From contig OZ024747.1 of NCBI GenBank assembly GCA_964016885.1, forward strand, positions 50,406,001 to 50,470,000: a stretch of DNA of 64,000 bases, given 5' to 3'. The stretch comes from Eledone cirrhosa (Eukaryota). Under the pieces are notes generated by a model. It had not been told where the DNA came from, did not search any database, and saw only the letters and a list, made by a program, of their open reading frames with translations. The position numbers and the translations under genes were made by a program. Shown here one piece after another: positions 60,620-64,000 of the stretch; position 1 is the first letter of the stretch; every line of letters starts with the position of its first letter.

Positions 60620-61510
60620 CCCACTTAATCTCTCACACTCTTCCTCTCTCTCTCTCTCTCCCACTCTCTCTCTCTCTCTCTCTCTTCCACTTACTCTCAC
60701 TCTCTTCTTCATTCCCTCACTCTCTTCCTCACTCTCTCTCTCTCCCACTTACTCTCACTCTCTTCTTCATTCCCTCACTCTCTTCCACACTCTCCGACTT
60801 ATACTCACTCTCTCACTCTCTTCCTCACTCTCTCTCCCACTTACTCTCACTCTCTTCTTCATTCCCTCACTCTCTTCCTCACTCTCTATCTCTCCCACTT
60901 ACTCTCACTCTCTTCCTCACACACTCTCTCTCTCCCACTTACTCTCACTCTCTTCTTCATTCCCTCACTCTCTTCTTCACTCTCTCTCTCTCCCACTTAC
61001 TCTCATTCGCTTCTTCATTCCCTCACTCTCTTCCTCACTCTCTCTCTCTCCCACTTACTCTCACTCTCTTCTTCATTCCCTCACTCTCTTCCACACTCTC
61101 CGACTTATACTCACTCTCTCACTCTCTTCCTCACTCTCTCTCCCACTTACTCTCACTCTCTTCTTCATTCCCTCACTCTCTTCCTCACTCTCTATCTCTC
61201 CCACTTACTCTCACTCTCTTCCTCACACACTCTCTCTCTCCCACTTACTCTCACTCTCTTCTTCATTCCCTCACTCTCTTCTTCACTCTCTCTCTCTCCC
61301 ACTTACTCTCATTCGCTTCTTCATTCCCTCACTCTCTTCCTCACTCTCTCTCTCTCCCACTTACTCTCACTCTCTTCTTCATTCCCTCACTCTCTCTCAC
61401 TCTCACTCTCTCCCACATACTCTCACTCTCTTCTTCATTGCCTCACTCTCTTCCTCACTCACCCACTTACTCTCACTCTTTTCTTCACTCTATTCCTCTC
61501 TCCCACCTCT
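60620..61510. repeat. CT-rich minisatellite with ~300-bp higher-order duplication
   Basis: cccacttactctcactctcttcttcattccctcactctcttcc units; the variant ctccgacttatactc occurs at ~60792 and ~61098. Confidence 0.9.
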
Positions 61511-61739
61511 CCCTCCCTCTATTTCTCTCACTCCCCTTCCTACCACGCCACAGCAATCCTATATTATATATTCTTACACTCACTACTTCCTCTGTCTTCT
61601 AAAAAAGTCACCAACTCCTCCCACGCCTCCCACTCCCCTTCCTTTTCGCCCAACTACTTTCATCTCTCATTCCCCCACCCCTCCCCTTATTTTTCCCACT
61701 GTCCACCATTCTTCTCATCAATTCTCCCTGACCAACAGA

Positions 61740-61900
<161 letters not shown>

Positions 61901-62039
61901 CACCTCCTCCCCCTCCTCATCGGCCTAATCACTACATCAGTCATTATATACATACACACACAGAATCACGCTGTCTCAAGTGTGTAGATATATATACATA
62001 TATATATATATATATGTATGTATGTATATATACATATGA

Positions 62040-62081
<42 letters not shown>

Positions 62082-62152
62082 GTGTGTGTGTGTGTATATA
62101 AATATATATGTGTGTATATATATATGTGTATACATATATATATATATATATA

Positions 62153-62186
<34 letters not shown>

Positions 62187-62253
62187 CACGTGTGTGTGTG
62201 TGTATAAATATATATGTGTGTATATATATGTGTGTATACATGTATATATATAC

Positions 62254-62284
<31 letters not shown>

Positions 62285-62356
62285 CATATATATATGTATG
62301 TATACATACATATTTATACTTGATATATATACATATATATAAATATATATATACTG

Positions 62357-62387
<31 letters not shown>

Positions 62388-62396
62388 GTTATATAT

Positions 62397-62644
<248 letters not shown>

Positions 62645-63289
62645 GTATATACATATATATATATATATATTACGTTTGTTAATGGAATAATATATTATAT
62701 GTATATAAATGTGTATGTGTGTGTGTGTGTATGTGTGTATATGTGTATGTGTGAATATGTGTATGTGTGTATATGTGTATGTGTGTGTGTGTGTGTGTAT
62801 GTGTGTATATGTGTATGTGTGTGTATATGTGTATGTGTGTGTATATGTGTATGTGTGTATATGTATATGTGTGTGTATGTGTGTATATGTGTATGTGTGT
62901 GTATATGTGTATGTGTGTATGTGTATGTGTGTATATGTGTATGTATGTATATGCACATATACACTTCTAAGGCTGTTCCAATCAAATCTGCGTGACAATT
63001 TTTCTCATGTCACATCTATCTTCTTTAAGCTCTCTCTCTCTTTCTCTCTCTCCCCTCTCTCCCTCCTTCTCTTTCTCCCATTTCTCTCTCATGTTTCTTC
63101 CTTTCCTTCTCTCTCTCTCTCTCTCTTTCTTTCTCTCTCTCTCTTCCTTTCTGTCTTTCTTTCTCTCTCCCCCTCTTTCTCTCTCACTTGTACACTCTAT
63201 CTATATTCATCTTGATTTCCTTCCCTCGTATGTATGTATTTATCGATCGAGAGACACCCCACCCCCACCCTCGCCCATCCCCACGAAGT

Positions 63290-64000
63290 CACCACCACCA
63301 CCACCACGACGACCAACACCACCACTCTACCCATTGTCACCTCTTCAGCCACTGTCCACCGCCGCCACTACCACTGTCACCCCTCCCCCCTCTATCACTG
63401 TCACCATTGTCACCACTGTCACCACCACCACCACTGTCACCACCACCACCACTGTCACCACCACCACCACCACTGTCACCACCACTACCACTATCACCAC
63501 CGCCACTACCGCCACCACCACTCCCGTTGCCACCACCACCACCACTGTCACCACCACTGTCACCACCACCACCACCACTGTCACCACCACCACTGTCGCC
63601 ACCACCACCACCACTGTCACCAACACCACCACCACCACTGTCACCACCACCACCACCACCACTGTCACCACCACCACTGTCACCACCACCACTGTCACCA
63701 CCACCACCACCACCACTGTCACCACCACCACTGTCACCAACACCACCACTACTGTCACCACCACCATTATCACCACCACCACCACCACCACTGTCACCAC
63801 CACCACTACCACTCTCACCATCACCACCACTACTGTCACCACCACCACTACCACTGTCACCACCACCACCACCATCGTCACCACCATCACCACCACCCCA
63901 CTCTCACCATCAACACCATCATCATCATCATCATCAACATCATCATCATCATCACCATGATCATGATCATCATCAACATCACCATCATCATCACTATCAT
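63290..64000. repeat. (ACC)n/ACTGTC compound repeat grading into (CAT)n
   Basis: Visible. Confidence 0.92.

Overview
AT-rich, microsatellite-saturated animal genomic DNA. The SINE types, TTAGGG-type repeat and repeat landscape suggest an octopod cephalopod (inference). I can support no intact host gene; almost all listed ORFs are artefacts of di-, tri- and tetranucleotide repeats or minisatellites. Real content: (1) many Penelope-like element (PLE) relics inserted in (TA)n, including a GIY-YIG ORF remnant, an RT-thumb remnant, several tail-bearing fold-back mini-elements and about 10 minimal type I hammerhead ribozyme (HHR) motifs; (2) LINE fragments of Tx1/L1, CRE, R4/Dong-like and RTE-X types; (3) many tRNA-derived Deu/Nin-domain SINEs, including a tandem array; (4) an 8.5-kb array of a 33-bp minisatellite with higher-order structure. 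The most interesting signal is a non-coding, 620-nt-period, retrozyme-like element (30093-31105; diverged relative at 22113-22308). It carries all hammerhead core strands (UA cleavage site, GAAA, CUGAUGA), but in reversed cyclic order, giving a pseudoknotted or intermolecular fold. The fold is supported by compensatory changes between copies and by the element's 5' boundary lying 13 nt from the predicted cleavage site.
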